This document shows, one piece after another, positions 48,649 through 59,037 of a DNA stretch of 62,871 nucleotides. The stretch's first letter is position 1; each line of letters begins with the position of its first letter. The notes under the pieces are model-generated. The model was not told where the DNA came from. It was given only the letters and a program-made list of their open reading frames with translations, and ran no database searches. A program made the position numbers and the translations under genes. Origin of the DNA: an uncultured Kineothrix sp. (GTDB taxonomy: Bacteria > Bacillota > Clostridia > Lachnospirales > Lachnospiraceae); the NCBI GenBank assembly GCA_964463365.1, contig CAYXCV010000002.1:1-62871 (forward strand), written 5' to 3'.

Positions 48649-49686
48649 TTACCCTTTGCCCTTAATATCCCTGACCGCCTTTAACAATAGCTCATTTTCA
48701 TCTCGCTTTTTTATTGCAATTCTATAATATCCCCTTCTCAATCCCTTAAAATTGCTGCAATCCCGGATTAAAATTCTCCTACTTAATAATTCCTCATAAA
48801 GCGGAAGGTCTGATTTTAATAGTAAAAAATTAGTTACTGACGAAAATACTGTTATCCCTTCCTGTCTTAATTTCTCTGTCAGATAGACTCTCTCTTTTCC
48901 TAAAAGCTGTACTGTCTCTTTTCTATATCTATCTTCCCCGCATGCTGCTTTTCCCGCTGCCTGAGCTGGTAATGACAGGTTCCATTCTGGCAGCTGCCTA
49001 GCTATCTTTGCAAGAAGCTCTTCATTTCCACAAAAGAGGTACCCTAGCCGGATACCTGGAACCGCATACATTTTAGTAAAGGCTCTTACAATAATTAGAT
49101 TGGCATACTGTAACAGATCATCTTTCAGAGAATATATTTCTTCTTTACCTGTAAACTCTAAAAAACACTCATCAATGACTACGATAATATTTTTGTTCAG
49201 ACATTCCTTTACCATCTGTTCCAAAGACTTTCTATCTATAATATTTCCAACAGGGTTATTGGGATTAGCCAGTATCAGCATATTGATATCTTTTTTTATA
49301 CTGTTTATAAATTCATAATCCAAACAAAATCCATGTTCTTCCTTCATAACATAAGGTAAAAGTTCACTGCCTACTGCCCTGGCCGCATACTCATAGCCAC
49401 TAAAAGAAGGAACCGGTATTAATGTTTTCTTAGGCTTTACTCCATGAAAAATAGCAAGAAAAAGTTCCGAAGCTCCGTTGCCGCATAAGATATTCTTTCC
49501 GGTCACCCCACTCATTGTCTCTATTGCATCAATCAGCTCCTGTGCCTGTATGTCCGGATACTGATTGCAGTGCATAACAGCCTCCAACATGGCCTTTTTC
49601 ATCTGTTTAGGTATGCCAAGTGGATTGACATTCACTGAAAAATCATTTGTGATCTTATTTCTATAGATATCTCCTCCGTGTATCAT
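48649..49686 (-). CDS. cobD: Threonine-phosphate decarboxylase (PLP)
   Basis: HGGD, DFSVNVNPLG, NPNNPVG, RAFTKMYAVPGIRLGY. Confidence 0.92.
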   Translation of the reverse strand: MIHGGDIYRNKITNDFSVNVNPLGIPKQMKKAMLEAVMHCNQYPDIQAQELIDAIETMSGVTGKNILCGNGASELFLAIFHGVKPKKTLIPVPSFSGYEYAARAVGSELLPYVMKEEHGFCLDYEFINSIKKDINMLILANPNNPVGNIIDRKSLEQMVKECLNKNIIVVIDECFLEFTGKEEIYSLKDDLLQYANLIIVRAFTKMYAVPGIRLGYLFCGNEELLAKIARQLPEWNLSLPAQAAGKAACGEDRYRKETVQLLGKERVYLTEKLRQEGITVFSSVTNFLLLKSDLPLYEELLSRRILIRDCSNFKGLRRGYYRIAIKKRDENELLLKAVRDIKGKG

Positions 49687-50672
49687 CTGTATATTCTCCC
49701 TACAAAAAACATAATGATTAAGCAGATGCCCTCGCACAAGAATGCAGTCCGATAAAGCAGCCTGCCAGCGCTTACAATATCCTCAAACTCAACCGGTCTC
49801 AGTGCATCCCCAATCAAAGGTTTTGAAACAATCTTGCCAGAATATACACCATCACCCGCAAGCTGAATCCCAAGTGCACCTGCACAAGCCGACTCTGTCT
49901 GTGCAGAGTTGGGACTTTCATGTTTATATCTGTCTCGCTTATATATAAAAAATGCTTGCTTGGGATCAAACTCCTTTCCGGGCAGAAAAGCTGCCATAAT
50001 CATAAGTCCTGCACTGATTCTGGACGGCAGGTAATTAACTACGTCGTCAAGCTTTGCCGCTGCACGTCCGAAATATAAATATTTGCTATTTTTATATCCC
50101 ACCATGGAATCCATAGTATTAACTGCCTTATATAAGAATCCAAGCACCGGACCGCCAATGGCGAGGAAAAGCATCGGCGCAATAACACCGTCAGAGCAAT
50201 TTTCTGCTACGGTTTCCACCGCTGCCTTTGTCATTCCTATTTCATCCAGATCCTTTGTATCTCTTCCTACAATCATGGATACCGCATACCTTGCTCCTTC
50301 CGGATTGTTGTGTTTCAGTTCGTTATAAACCTTCATGCTTTCCAACCGCAAGCATTTGGTTGCTAATATCTGGTAGGTCATAATACTTTCTACTATTACA
50401 CCTAATAACGGATGTAACACATATGCAAAAGATAATAGGAAAAGTGAGGCTATACCTGTAGCCGCCAGTACTAAAAAAACAAGAATTCTCCCCCTTATCT
50501 TTTTGTGCTTATCTGTTAGAGAATCACTTGCATTCCCTTCAAGAAGCTGTTTTTCTAATTTTGTAATAAGTAAGCCCATCAGCCTTACCGGATGGGGTAG
50601 GTTGCTCGGATCTCCCAGTATCAAATCCAATATAAATCCCATACCAAAACCAATCATATGATAATAAATCAT
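49683..50672 (-). CDS. cbiB: Adenosylcobinamide-phosphate synthase
   Basis: GDP, HPV, IVGRDT, ETVAEN, NTMDSMVGY, SPNS. Confidence 0.97.
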   Translation of the reverse strand: MIYYHMIGFGMGFILDLILGDPSNLPHPVRLMGLLITKLEKQLLEGNASDSLTDKHKKIRGRILVFLVLAATGIASLFLLSFAYVLHPLLGVIVESIMTYQILATKCLRLESMKVYNELKHNNPEGARYAVSMIVGRDTKDLDEIGMTKAAVETVAENCSDGVIAPMLFLAIGGPVLGFLYKAVNTMDSMVGYKNSKYLYFGRAAAKLDDVVNYLPSRISAGLMIMAAFLPGKEFDPKQAFFIYKRDRYKHESPNSAQTESACAGALGIQLAGDGVYSGKIVSKPLIGDALRPVEFEDIVSAGRLLYRTAFLCEGICLIIMFFVGRIYR

Positions 50673-50676
50673 CTCT

Positions 50677-51279
50677 TCATTGTCCTTTCAGCTTCTTAAC
50701 CTGACAGATTCTGACCGGATATGATAGTTTTAATTTACAGAGATAACCTTCCGCATTTTTACATTGATAATGAAAATAGTCTTTATTAGTAAAGCTGCTT
50801 AGAATCGCCATTATAGTTCCTCCATGTACTACCATAGCCGCCGTTTTCGGCATTTTTTTTACTTGGCTTAGAGTGTGACAAAATTCAGCAAAACCGGAAA
50901 CACTCCGTGTTATAAACTGTTGTCTGTTTTCCCCCTCCGGAAAAGACAATGTTCCGTTGCTGTCTATCCACTTCTGATATGCCGTATCATCCTTAAGCTG
51001 GGTATAATGCTTCCCTTCAAATCTACCAAAATCTATCTCCATCCATTTGTCTGTCAGAAAGCCGGGGTTGCCTTCATAAATAAGCTCTGCTGTTTCTAAG
51101 CATCGTTTCATAGGACTGGCTGCAATAAATTCTGCCTTAGGATACCAGCCTTCACTTATTTTCTGCCTAAGCTCCTGTCTACCGTTTTCTGAAAGTGACT
51201 CATCGGTTTTACCCAGGTATTTCCCATATTCATTGGATTTTGTAGCACCATGTCGTATCAGTATCAGTTTTATTGTCAT
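50677..51279 (-). CDS. cobC: Histidine phosphatase, alpha-ribazole phosphatase-like
   Basis: LIRHG, SPMKRC, EIDFGRFEG, VVHGG; operon context. Confidence 0.82.
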   Translation of the reverse strand: MTIKLILIRHGATKSNEYGKYLGKTDESLSENGRQELRQKISEGWYPKAEFIAASPMKRCLETAELIYEGNPGFLTDKWMEIDFGRFEGKHYTQLKDDTAYQKWIDSNGTLSFPEGENRQQFITRSVSGFAEFCHTLSQVKKMPKTAAMVVHGGTIMAILSSFTNKDYFHYQCKNAEGYLCKLKLSYPVRICQVKKLKGQ

Positions 51280-51659
51280 TTGATTCTCTGCCCTATCCCA
51301 CATAATATTCGTTCTACACGTTCTGACCGGGCGGCAATCCGGCATAAGTACCTACCAAGACGTTCCCTGTATTCCCTCTCCACCGCTTCTACCGGTATAA
51401 TACCGTTCCCTACTTCATCACTGATAATCAGCAGGTTTTTATATTCAGAAAAAATAGCATCCATTTCCTCTTCCGGATTTCTTCCCTGTTCAATTTCTTG
51501 ACGAAACCATTCATGAAACTGATAAAATAATATGCTTTGATTCTTAGAATACTCTTTGATCTCCCCTACTTCTTGTACGATATTTACTTCTCCCTTTTCC
51601 CGAAGAACATATTCCAGCTTACCCTGTGCAAATCCTCCTATGTATAATTCCATTGTCAT
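51276..51659 (-). CDS. Short CobU-like paralog
   Basis: YIGGFAQGK, ISDEVGNGIIP, EREYRERLG, RILCG. Confidence 0.8.
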   Translation of the reverse strand: MTMELYIGGFAQGKLEYVLREKGEVNIVQEVGEIKEYSKNQSILFYQFHEWFRQEIEQGRNPEEEMDAIFSEYKNLLIISDEVGNGIIPVEAVEREYRERLGRYLCRIAARSERVERILCGIGQRIK

Positions 51660-51666
51660 ACCCTTT

Positions 51667-52428
51667 CTAAATCAGTTTGAACATACAGCCTGCTGCAACC
51701 AATAGTATTACAGCACCTTCACATAAGGTGGTGAAATATCCGGAAGTATCCCCGGTCACTCCGCCGAATTCTTTGATACATTTTTTATAGTACCACCCTA
51801 ATGTAAAACCGCTTACGATAAGTACTACACCGCCAATCCATACAGAAATATATAGTAATAAAACAGCACAAAGAAGTAGCTGTACATACAAGTAAACTTT
51901 TGTTTTCTTCTTTTCCGCCTGACTGGAAAACAAATAGCCAAGTCCTTCTTCTTTTGCACAAGGGAATGTAACCACTCCGATTGCACTTAGTATTCTGGAT
52001 AACCAATAACCCATTCCCAACAGCAAAACAGCACGTTGTCCGTTAATTGTTCCATAAGCACCTGCATAAATCAGATAATACAAAATAAGCCGTATCACAC
52101 CAAACGCTCCGATATGAGGATCTTTTAATATTTCTAATTTTTTCTCTTTATCCCTATAAGTATGAAGAGCATCAATGGTATCTACATAACCATCTACATG
52201 AATACCCCCGGTAACAACAAGAGGAATCGCTGTTCCAATCAGTGCAAAACTAAGACCACTAATTGAGAAAATCTGGCATGCCATACCCCATAAATAAGTC
52301 ACAGTACCGATAACAATTCCCACAAACGGAAAACAGGCAATCATATATTTCATATCCTTCTGCTCCCATTCAAACTGCGGAACAGGAAGCTTAGAAAACA
52401 TGGAAAATGCAATGCATAAAGATTTCAT
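51667..52428 (-). CDS. cobS: Adenosylcobinamide-GDP ribazoletransferase
   Basis: TGGIHVDG, LKDPHIGAFG, FGGVTGD. Confidence 0.96.
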   Translation of the reverse strand: MKSLCIAFSMFSKLPVPQFEWEQKDMKYMIACFPFVGIVIGTVTYLWGMACQIFSISGLSFALIGTAIPLVVTGGIHVDGYVDTIDALHTYRDKEKKLEILKDPHIGAFGVIRLILYYLIYAGAYGTINGQRAVLLLGMGYWLSRILSAIGVVTFPCAKEEGLGYLFSSQAEKKKTKVYLYVQLLLCAVLLLYISVWIGGVVLIVSGFTLGWYYKKCIKEFGGVTGDTSGYFTTLCEGAVILLVAAGCMFKLI

Positions 52429-52458
52429 AGTTACTTTTTATCCTTTCTCTTTTTATAC

Positions 52459-52974
52459 TTAAATAGGGATACCTACTACTACTTCTATGACTTCATCCGC
52501 CATGGAGACCATTTCTCTGTTAACAAGTCCGAGGGTTTTCATATACTGTCTGGTTGTGTGATCATAGTGTATGCCATCTTCAAATACATTGTTCGTTACA
52601 ATAATCAGTACTTTTGCTTTCTCAGAAAGTATGCGAATGCCCTGCATCACATCCTCCACAACTTGTTTGGATTCTGTAATCTGCTTTTCCTTAAACATTT
52701 CATTTGCAATAAGATTAGACATACATTCCAGTAAAACAACGGCATCTTTTTCTATGTTTCCGACTGCTTCTGCTATGTTAATTGGCTGTTCAATTGTAAT
52801 GAAACCGTTTCCCTCCCGCAGTTTCCGATGCCGCTGTACCTTTTCTTCCCCTTCCTTATCATAAATCCGCATGGTGGCCAGATAATACAAAGGTAACTCT
52901 TTATACATTAATGCCCGTTCTTCGGCATAGGCTGATTTTCCGCTTCCGCTGCCTCCTGTGATGATTATTATCAT
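52459..52974 (-). CDS. cobU: Adenosylcobinamide kinase / phosphate guanylyltransferase
   Basis: TGGSGSGKS, YLATM, RHRKLR, LLECMSNL, VTN. Confidence 0.93.
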   Translation of the reverse strand: MIIIITGGSGSGKSAYAEERALMYKELPLYYLATMRIYDKEGEEKVQRHRKLREGNGFITIEQPINIAEAVGNIEKDAVVLLECMSNLIANEMFKEKQITESKQVVEDVMQGIRILSEKAKVLIIVTNNVFEDGIHYDHTTRQYMKTLGLVNREMVSMADEVIEVVVGIPI

Positions 52975-52988
52975 TCTCTGCCTTCTCC

Positions 52989-54065
52989 TTATGTAAAGTG
53001 TCGATACCTTTCGATGCCAATATCCTCAAAGCCGTTATTCCCACTGTATACAGAAAGAGCCATATCCAGAAGAGCAAACATCATGACTGCTCCGGTTCCC
53101 TCTCCAAGAGCCATATCCGCATCTATAATCGATGAGACTCCCAGTTCCCCGATTATCTTTTCTACTGCCGGTTCCTTACTTTTATGAGAGGGAATCAGAT
53201 ATTCCTTCACTCCCGGTATCATCCTCTCTGCTACCAGTGCCGCTACCATGCTGATTACCCCATCCATAATAATCGGAATTTGGTATGCTGCACCCCCGAT
53301 ACACATGCCCACCAGTCCGGCAATGTCCAGTCCGCCAACAGAAGAAAGGACAGTGAAGGGTTCGGTACTTTTTAATGCATACTTTTCCAGCCCTCTTTTA
53401 ATTACCTCTCTTTTTCGAAGAAGTCCTTCCTTGCTAAGCCCCGCTCCCCTACCTGTTATATCTTCCACCTGACAATCCAGTAAAGCCGCTGCCACAGCAC
53501 TGCTGGTTGTTGTATTTCCAATCCCCATCTCGCCCATGGCCAATATGCGATATCCCTTTTCTTTATATTCTTTCACCAGCTTGATTCCTGTATGAATAGC
53601 CTGTAAGGTTTCCTGCTCTGACATCGCAGGCTCATTTAAAAAGTTGTTTGTTCCCGGTGCAATCTTTTTGTTCCTATACCTGTCTTGTTCCGATACTTGC
53701 TTAAGCTTTCCATTAATTCCTATGTCGATGACCTTAATGTCTGTATGAACCACCTTTGCCATTTTGCAGACAGAACTTTGACCTCTCAGCATGCTTTGTG
53801 CTACCGCCGCTGTAACTTCCTGCCCCGACTGGCTGATGCCCTCTTCCACAACGCCGTTATCAGCGCAAAATACAAGAACCGCTCTTGGAAGCAATTCAAC
53901 TTGGGAAGTACCCATAATCCCTCCAATTTGGGCAATGATAGACTCAAACTTACCCATGCTGTCCAATGGCTTTGCAATACGGTTCCAATTTTCTTTGATT
54001 TGCTTTTGTATTTCCCTATCCGGTGTCATAATTTTTATTTTAAAAAGTTCTTCTTTTGTCATCAT
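52989..54065 (-). CDS. cobT: Nicotinate-nucleotide-dimethylbenzimidazole phosphoribosyltransferase
   Basis: [33 protein letters not shown]. Confidence 0.97.
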   Translation of the reverse strand: MMTKEELFKIKIMTPDREIQKQIKENWNRIAKPLDSMGKFESIIAQIGGIMGTSQVELLPRAVLVFCADNGVVEEGISQSGQEVTAAVAQSMLRGQSSVCKMAKVVHTDIKVIDIGINGKLKQVSEQDRYRNKKIAPGTNNFLNEPAMSEQETLQAIHTGIKLVKEYKEKGYRILAMGEMGIGNTTTSSAVAAALLDCQVEDITGRGAGLSKEGLLRKREVIKRGLEKYALKSTEPFTVLSSVGGLDIAGLVGMCIGGAAYQIPIIMDGVISMVAALVAERMIPGVKEYLIPSHKSKEPAVEKIIGELGVSSIIDADMALGEGTGAVMMFALLDMALSVYSGNNGFEDIGIERYRHFT

Positions 54066-55573
54066 TTATGCCCTTTATTATTTATAATTACATGATAGAT
54101 AAAATCCATATCCAGACTTTCTCTCAATCCTTCAGCCAATTTGTCATACTGAGTTTCCTTGAAATCCACATAGTCCGTAGTAGAGCTATTTTGGTATGTA
54201 ACGCCTTTTTTAAGTGCCAATGCCTTAACAATCTCCGATGCAATATTGCCCTGATCAAAAATCCCATGAACGTACGTACCATATACGTTTTCTGCAAAGC
54301 AGCCTTCGATTATTTCTCCCCCCTCTAATAAATCAGTTTGGCTACAAAGTGAATTGTGCGTGGCTTCTATTTTTGTCTCCCCCATATGGATTTCATATCC
54401 TTCAAAACTCATATCAGAAAGTGAAGATAAGGTTCCTGTGACTTTTGAAAAGCTGCCTGTAACCTGTTTTCTTATCTTGCTTTCCTTTAGCCGGGTTTCT
54501 ATTGGAAGAATTTCCATTCCTCTTATTTCTCCGCCTTCCTCTACTGAATAAGGATCCGCAATATACTTTCCAAGCATCTGATAACCGCCGCAGATACCAA
54601 AGAGTACCGTATTCTCAATTCTTTTTTTAATAGCAGCCTCTAACCCGTTTTGACGAAGCCATTTTAAATCCCCCATTGTGTTCTTACTTCCGGGCAGCAA
54701 TATCATATCCGGGTTTCCAAGCTCTCTCACTTCTGTAACATAACGCACTGACACTTCTTCAAATTGCTCAAATACATCAAAATCAGTAAAGTTTGATATT
54801 CTGGGAAAGCGGATGACTGCAAGATCAATCAAAGCTACTTTCTTGCTGTCAAATCGATTCGTAAGACTATCCTCATCCTCCAATGAAAGTCTCATATATG
54901 GAACGACTCCCACTACCCTCTTACCGCACTTTTCCTCCAGCATACCGATGCCCGGTGAGAGGATGTTGATGTCACCTCTAAACTTATTGATAATCAACCC
55001 TTTTACCCGCTGCTGTTCGGTTTCTTCTAAGAGCTGCATGGTTCCTAAAAGCTGCGCAAAAACTCCACCTCTATCTATATCTCCGACCAACAGAACCGGA
55101 GCGTCCGCCATTTTTGCCATTCCCATATTTACAATATCATTTTGTTTTAGATTAATTTCTGCCGGGCTTCCTGCCCCTTCTATCACAACGATGTCATAAG
55201 CATTTGCCAAATGGTTATATGCGGATTGTATTTGAGGTATCAGGTTTTTCTTATAGGCAAAATAGTCCATGGCCTTCATATTACCCAATACTTCACCTTT
55301 GACAATCACCTGAGATCCCGTATCATTGGTTGGTTTTAGAAGGATGGGGTTCATGAAAACAGACGGTTTCACTCCCGCTGCTTCCGCCTGCATAACCTGT
55401 GCCCGTCCCATCTCCAAGCCTTCTTCTGTAATATAGGAATTTAGCGCCATGTTCTGCGATTTAAAAGGGGCAACGTGGTATCCATCTTGTTTGAATATCC
55501 TTAAAAGACCTGCGGTAATCAAACTTTTCCCCACACTTGACATAGTGCCCTGTATCATAATAGATTTGGACAT
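54062..55573 (-). CDS. cbiP: Cobyric acid synthase
   Basis: [44 protein letters not shown]. Confidence 0.98.
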   Translation of the reverse strand: MSKSIMIQGTMSSVGKSLITAGLLRIFKQDGYHVAPFKSQNMALNSYITEEGLEMGRAQVMQAEAAGVKPSVFMNPILLKPTNDTGSQVIVKGEVLGNMKAMDYFAYKKNLIPQIQSAYNHLANAYDIVVIEGAGSPAEINLKQNDIVNMGMAKMADAPVLLVGDIDRGGVFAQLLGTMQLLEETEQQRVKGLIINKFRGDINILSPGIGMLEEKCGKRVVGVVPYMRLSLEDEDSLTNRFDSKKVALIDLAVIRFPRISNFTDFDVFEQFEEVSVRYVTEVRELGNPDMILLPGSKNTMGDLKWLRQNGLEAAIKKRIENTVLFGICGGYQMLGKYIADPYSVEEGGEIRGMEILPIETRLKESKIRKQVTGSFSKVTGTLSSLSDMSFEGYEIHMGETKIEATHNSLCSQTDLLEGGEIIEGCFAENVYGTYVHGIFDQGNIASEIVKALALKKGVTYQNSSTTDYVDFKETQYDKLAEGLRESLDMDFIYHVIINNKGHK

Positions 55574-55574
55574 T

Positions 55575-55608
55575 AAAAAACCTCCCTGCCACAAAAAGGC
55601 ACGGAGGT
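55575..55608 (-). terminator. Riboswitch expression platform: hairpin that sequesters the RBS and has a U tail
   Basis: ACCTCC-G-TGCC-loop-GGCA-G-GGAGGT-TTTTT-A-ATG. Confidence 0.75.
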
Positions 55609-55669
55609 AATATAGACATAGTTCACCTATCCCTAATATTCCAAACCAGTTACTCGTGGCTGTATTTAC

Positions 55670-55845
55670 TTCAAATAAGGCAGGTCTCCTGGCTGAAAGA
55701 TCAACGTTTACGGCAGCCTTCCCAATTTCTCAGTGGCTGTTTGCCGCAACTCTCTTATCACAGTGACGAGTTCGTACAGGATTTGCACCTGTTTCCCTTT
55801 TCATCAGAACAAAGCATAGCTTCTCTGACACCTTATCTGTATTTA
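55670..55845 (-). ncRNA. Cobalamin (B12) riboswitch
   Basis: Minus strand AGGT...AAAAGGGAAACAGGTGCAAATCCTGTAC...CACTGTGA...GCCACTG...GGGAAGG...AGCCAGGAGACCTGCC (B12 box), upstream of cbiP. Confidence 0.96.
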
Positions 55846-55908
55846 ATTTTCTAATGGGTATCATACTATAGTTAAATTTATTTTGCAAATAAAATATTTA
55901 TATGTCGT

Positions 55909-58278
55909 TTATTCTGCTTCAATTGCACCTGTCAAAGACATTTCCTTGATTTTATTTGCCGGTCCTCTTACTGCGAATATTGCCGATAACATTACTATCA
56001 AAACAATGATGCCAAGAGCCAGATACGGCATATTCCATTCGGTTCCCCACCGTCTGGTAACCATACTTTCATAAATAAACTTATGAAGCCGTATTCCAAC
56101 CACACTTCCAATGATAACACCACACAAAATATAGGTTATGGTTTCTGCAACAATCATCTTAACCACCTGTTTGTCACTCATGCCAATGGCTCTCATAACC
56201 CCGTATTCTCTCGACCTTGCAGACACACTCATTGCAATACTGTTAATGATATTAAAAATGGTAATGAGGGCGATAATAGTCAAAAAACCATATATAAAAA
56301 TAGAAAATGAGTAATAGGCACCTTTTACTTCCGCATTGTGCATGCGCCTATCTGAAAATGTTGTATTATCGTCTGCCATATTACGGATAGCCGCAACATC
56401 CTGATCAGTAGCACCTCTTTCTAGCTGCATGTCAATGATTGTATAGCCTTTTTCTCCGGTCAGCCGGCGGAATAACTCTTCGGAACAAATCACAGTTTCT
56501 ATTCCTGACCCTGTGACATTGCTAAATGGAGAATGCGCGAGCACACCTGTTACACTTAACTCTTCCACACCGCTTCCAAAATCTACCGTAAAAGAACTTC
56601 CTAATTGCAGTAAATTTAACTCATCATATACAATACACACGCCGGAACCGTTTTGAACAGCAGATAAACTGCCTTCTATCAAATCCTTTTCAGCCCAGGT
56701 AAACTGATGGTCCTCATAAGAAATCAGATTAATCACCTTAGAGGTGCCATTGACCATAACCGGTACATCATAAGCAAACATTCTTCCGTATACACGTTCC
56801 ACCGCATTGTTTTCTGATAATTTCTGCAAAATCTCAGGAGAAATTGTACAAGTGTTATCTGCACTTACAATGGAAACATCCGGAGTATATGGTTGTAATG
56901 GGTTAACCGCATGATTCATAAAGTCAATGGTTGCCGTAAATGATAAAAATAGAATAATACTAAAGGCAAAGGAACATACCATCAAAATAAAATTCTTAAT
57001 ACTGCTTTTTGCATGATGAACACCCAAAGCCGTTTCTACCTTAAAAATACTGGTTCTTGCTGCCTTTTGGGCAAACTGTATGGCATCTACATTACCAGAA
57101 ACTGCAGTTAGTGGAGAAACTCTGGCTGCCCGCTTTGCAGGAGAATGAGAAGCTAAAAGAACCGTAACCAATCCAACAATGACGCCGGAAACAATACCAA
57201 TCCCGCTGACTGCAAATATTGGCAACTGGGAAAAATACGCTGGACTAAGTAATCTCAGCATACCGCATAAAATCCAAGTAACAAGTATAGCAATTATAAT
57301 TCCTAAGGGAATAGACCTTTTACACCAATTCAAGGCTTCTATGCGTACATAGCGGGTAATCTGCTTGCAGGTTGCTCCCTGACAGCGTAACAGTCCAAAA
57401 AACTGAGTACGCTGTGCCAGATTACTGTTTAAACTGCTGGACACCATTAACACACCGGAAGTCACCACCAAAACCCCAAGAATGCCTGCCACCAGATAGA
57501 GAAACATAAGATATGAATCATTACTTTGCCCCAAAAGCCCTATAAGCATTATATTCTCTTGCACTTGTTGATCCGATAAGTTCAACTGTTCCTTTATATC
57601 TTTAATCAATGCATTGATATTGCTATAAGAAGAAAATTCTACATAATATACACCTTTATCGTCTTGATTATCTTTATTATCTTTATCATCTTCAGCAATC
57701 ATCTGACGGTAAGATGAAGTATCCATATATATCCCAAAAGCATCCTTTTTCATTATAATCGAGGTATTTCCCGTAAATCCACTTACGGTGAAAGACAAAG
57801 GAACCTGCTCAGGAGTATCTAATGCAATGGTATCTCCTACTTGTAATCCCAACTGTTCTTTTACATTCTCTGTCAGTACCACTTCCTGATTGTCTTTGGG
57901 AAATCTGCCCTCAGTAATTTGTGCTGCAGGAATCATCTCCAGAAGCTCTTCATCAAAACCACAAATAACAGCTTTTGTTCCCTCTATAGAATAATCCATA
58001 TCCAGCCCAAAATTTGTTACGTAGTACCATGAATTACGTTTCACTTGCGGTCTGGCCGAAATCACTGCCGCCTGATCTTCATTTATGGAGCGAAAAGCAG
58101 CATGCCAGCCACCGTCCTTTTGCAGAGCCTGCATTTTTTGGCTTCGAACTTCCATATCTGCCATACTAAAAATAGCGGAAACTAGAAACACTGCCAATGC
58201 AATACAGATTTTCGTCATCCGGCTCTCTCTTTTGTGTATTTTTGCAGAAATAGGTATCAGATCAAGGTATTTCTTCAT
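55909..58278 (-). CDS. FtsX/MacB-like ABC exporter permease with two repeats
   Basis: Two FtsX units (FGLLRCQGAT...EA; YGVMRAIGMS...ET) with two large extracellular domains. Confidence 0.9.
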   Translation of the reverse strand: MKKYLDLIPISAKIHKRESRMTKICIALAVFLVSAIFSMADMEVRSQKMQALQKDGGWHAAFRSINEDQAAVISARPQVKRNSWYYVTNFGLDMDYSIEGTKAVICGFDEELLEMIPAAQITEGRFPKDNQEVVLTENVKEQLGLQVGDTIALDTPEQVPLSFTVSGFTGNTSIIMKKDAFGIYMDTSSYRQMIAEDDKDNKDNQDDKGVYYVEFSSYSNINALIKDIKEQLNLSDQQVQENIMLIGLLGQSNDSYLMFLYLVAGILGVLVVTSGVLMVSSSLNSNLAQRTQFFGLLRCQGATCKQITRYVRIEALNWCKRSIPLGIIIAILVTWILCGMLRLLSPAYFSQLPIFAVSGIGIVSGVIVGLVTVLLASHSPAKRAARVSPLTAVSGNVDAIQFAQKAARTSIFKVETALGVHHAKSSIKNFILMVCSFAFSIILFLSFTATIDFMNHAVNPLQPYTPDVSIVSADNTCTISPEILQKLSENNAVERVYGRMFAYDVPVMVNGTSKVINLISYEDHQFTWAEKDLIEGSLSAVQNGSGVCIVYDELNLLQLGSSFTVDFGSGVEELSVTGVLAHSPFSNVTGSGIETVICSEELFRRLTGEKGYTIIDMQLERGATDQDVAAIRNMADDNTTFSDRRMHNAEVKGAYYSFSIFIYGFLTIIALITIFNIINSIAMSVSARSREYGVMRAIGMSDKQVVKMIVAETITYILCGVIIGSVVGIRLHKFIYESMVTRRWGTEWNMPYLALGIIVLIVMLSAIFAVRGPANKIKEMSLTGAIEAE

Positions 58279-58958
58279 ATTCTCGACCCTCCCAAATCAC
58301 TAAGCACACCATCGGAAACACGAAATACCCGGTCCACAGAACTGGTTAAGTTCATATTGTGAGTAATCATCAATACGGTTTGCTGATAATGCCTGGATGC
58401 ACGGGTGAGTAGATCCATTACCTCCTGAGAGTTTTTACTATCTAAGTTACCGGTAGGTTCGTCCGCAAGCACCAGCATAGGTTTAGTAATCAGGGCACGG
58501 CCAATAGCGACGCGTTGCTGCTCACCTCCTGAAAGCTGACTGGGAAGATGCTTACGGCGGTCCGTCAAACCCAATACCTCTAACATTTCATCCAATGCTT
58601 TAGGATCAGGCTTCTGATAATCCAGAAGAAGCGGGAAAATAATATTCTGCTCCACATTAAGCTCGGAAACAAGCTGATAAGACTGAAAGATGAATCCTAT
58701 ATTCTGCCGTCTGAAAATAGTACGTTTATTATCATTCATGGCAAACAAATCCACCCCATCTAAGTCCACCTTACCGGATGTTGCCGTATCCAATCCACCG
58801 ATACAATTTAAAAGCGTACTTTTTCCGGAACCGGATTCTCCTACCACAGCAGCAAATTCACCTCTGTTTAAAGAAAAGGATACATCTCGTAGTGCATTCA
58901 CCTGTGCTGCACCCTGACCATATGTCTTACATAATTTTTTTACTGTTAATATATTCAT
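58275..58958 (-). CDS. ABC exporter ATP-binding protein (LolD/BceA-like)
   Basis: [35 protein letters not shown]. Confidence 0.95.
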   Translation of the reverse strand: MNILTVKKLCKTYGQGAAQVNALRDVSFSLNRGEFAAVVGESGSGKSTLLNCIGGLDTATSGKVDLDGVDLFAMNDNKRTIFRRQNIGFIFQSYQLVSELNVEQNIIFPLLLDYQKPDPKALDEMLEVLGLTDRRKHLPSQLSGGEQQRVAIGRALITKPMLVLADEPTGNLDSKNSQEVMDLLTRASRHYQQTVLMITHNMNLTSSVDRVFRVSDGVLSDLGGSRI

Positions 58959-58988
58959 ATCAATTACCTCCTTTGCAATTGTTATCTT

Positions 58989-59037
58989 ACTGTATAAAGC
59001 TTACAATCAGATGAATTGCATCTTACAATTTTGTAAG
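58989..59037 (-). promoter_or_regulatory. BceR-type binding site and -10 box of the ABC exporter promoter
   Basis: Inverted repeat CTTACA-ATTT-TGTAAG (59022-59037), half-site CTTACA at 59000, -10 TACAGT at 58989-58994. Confidence 0.7.

Noticed and set aside
57650-57695. 9-bp imperfect repeats in the ABC permease (DDKDNKDNQDDK)
   Set aside because: In-frame low-complexity loop; too short and degenerate to suggest phase variation
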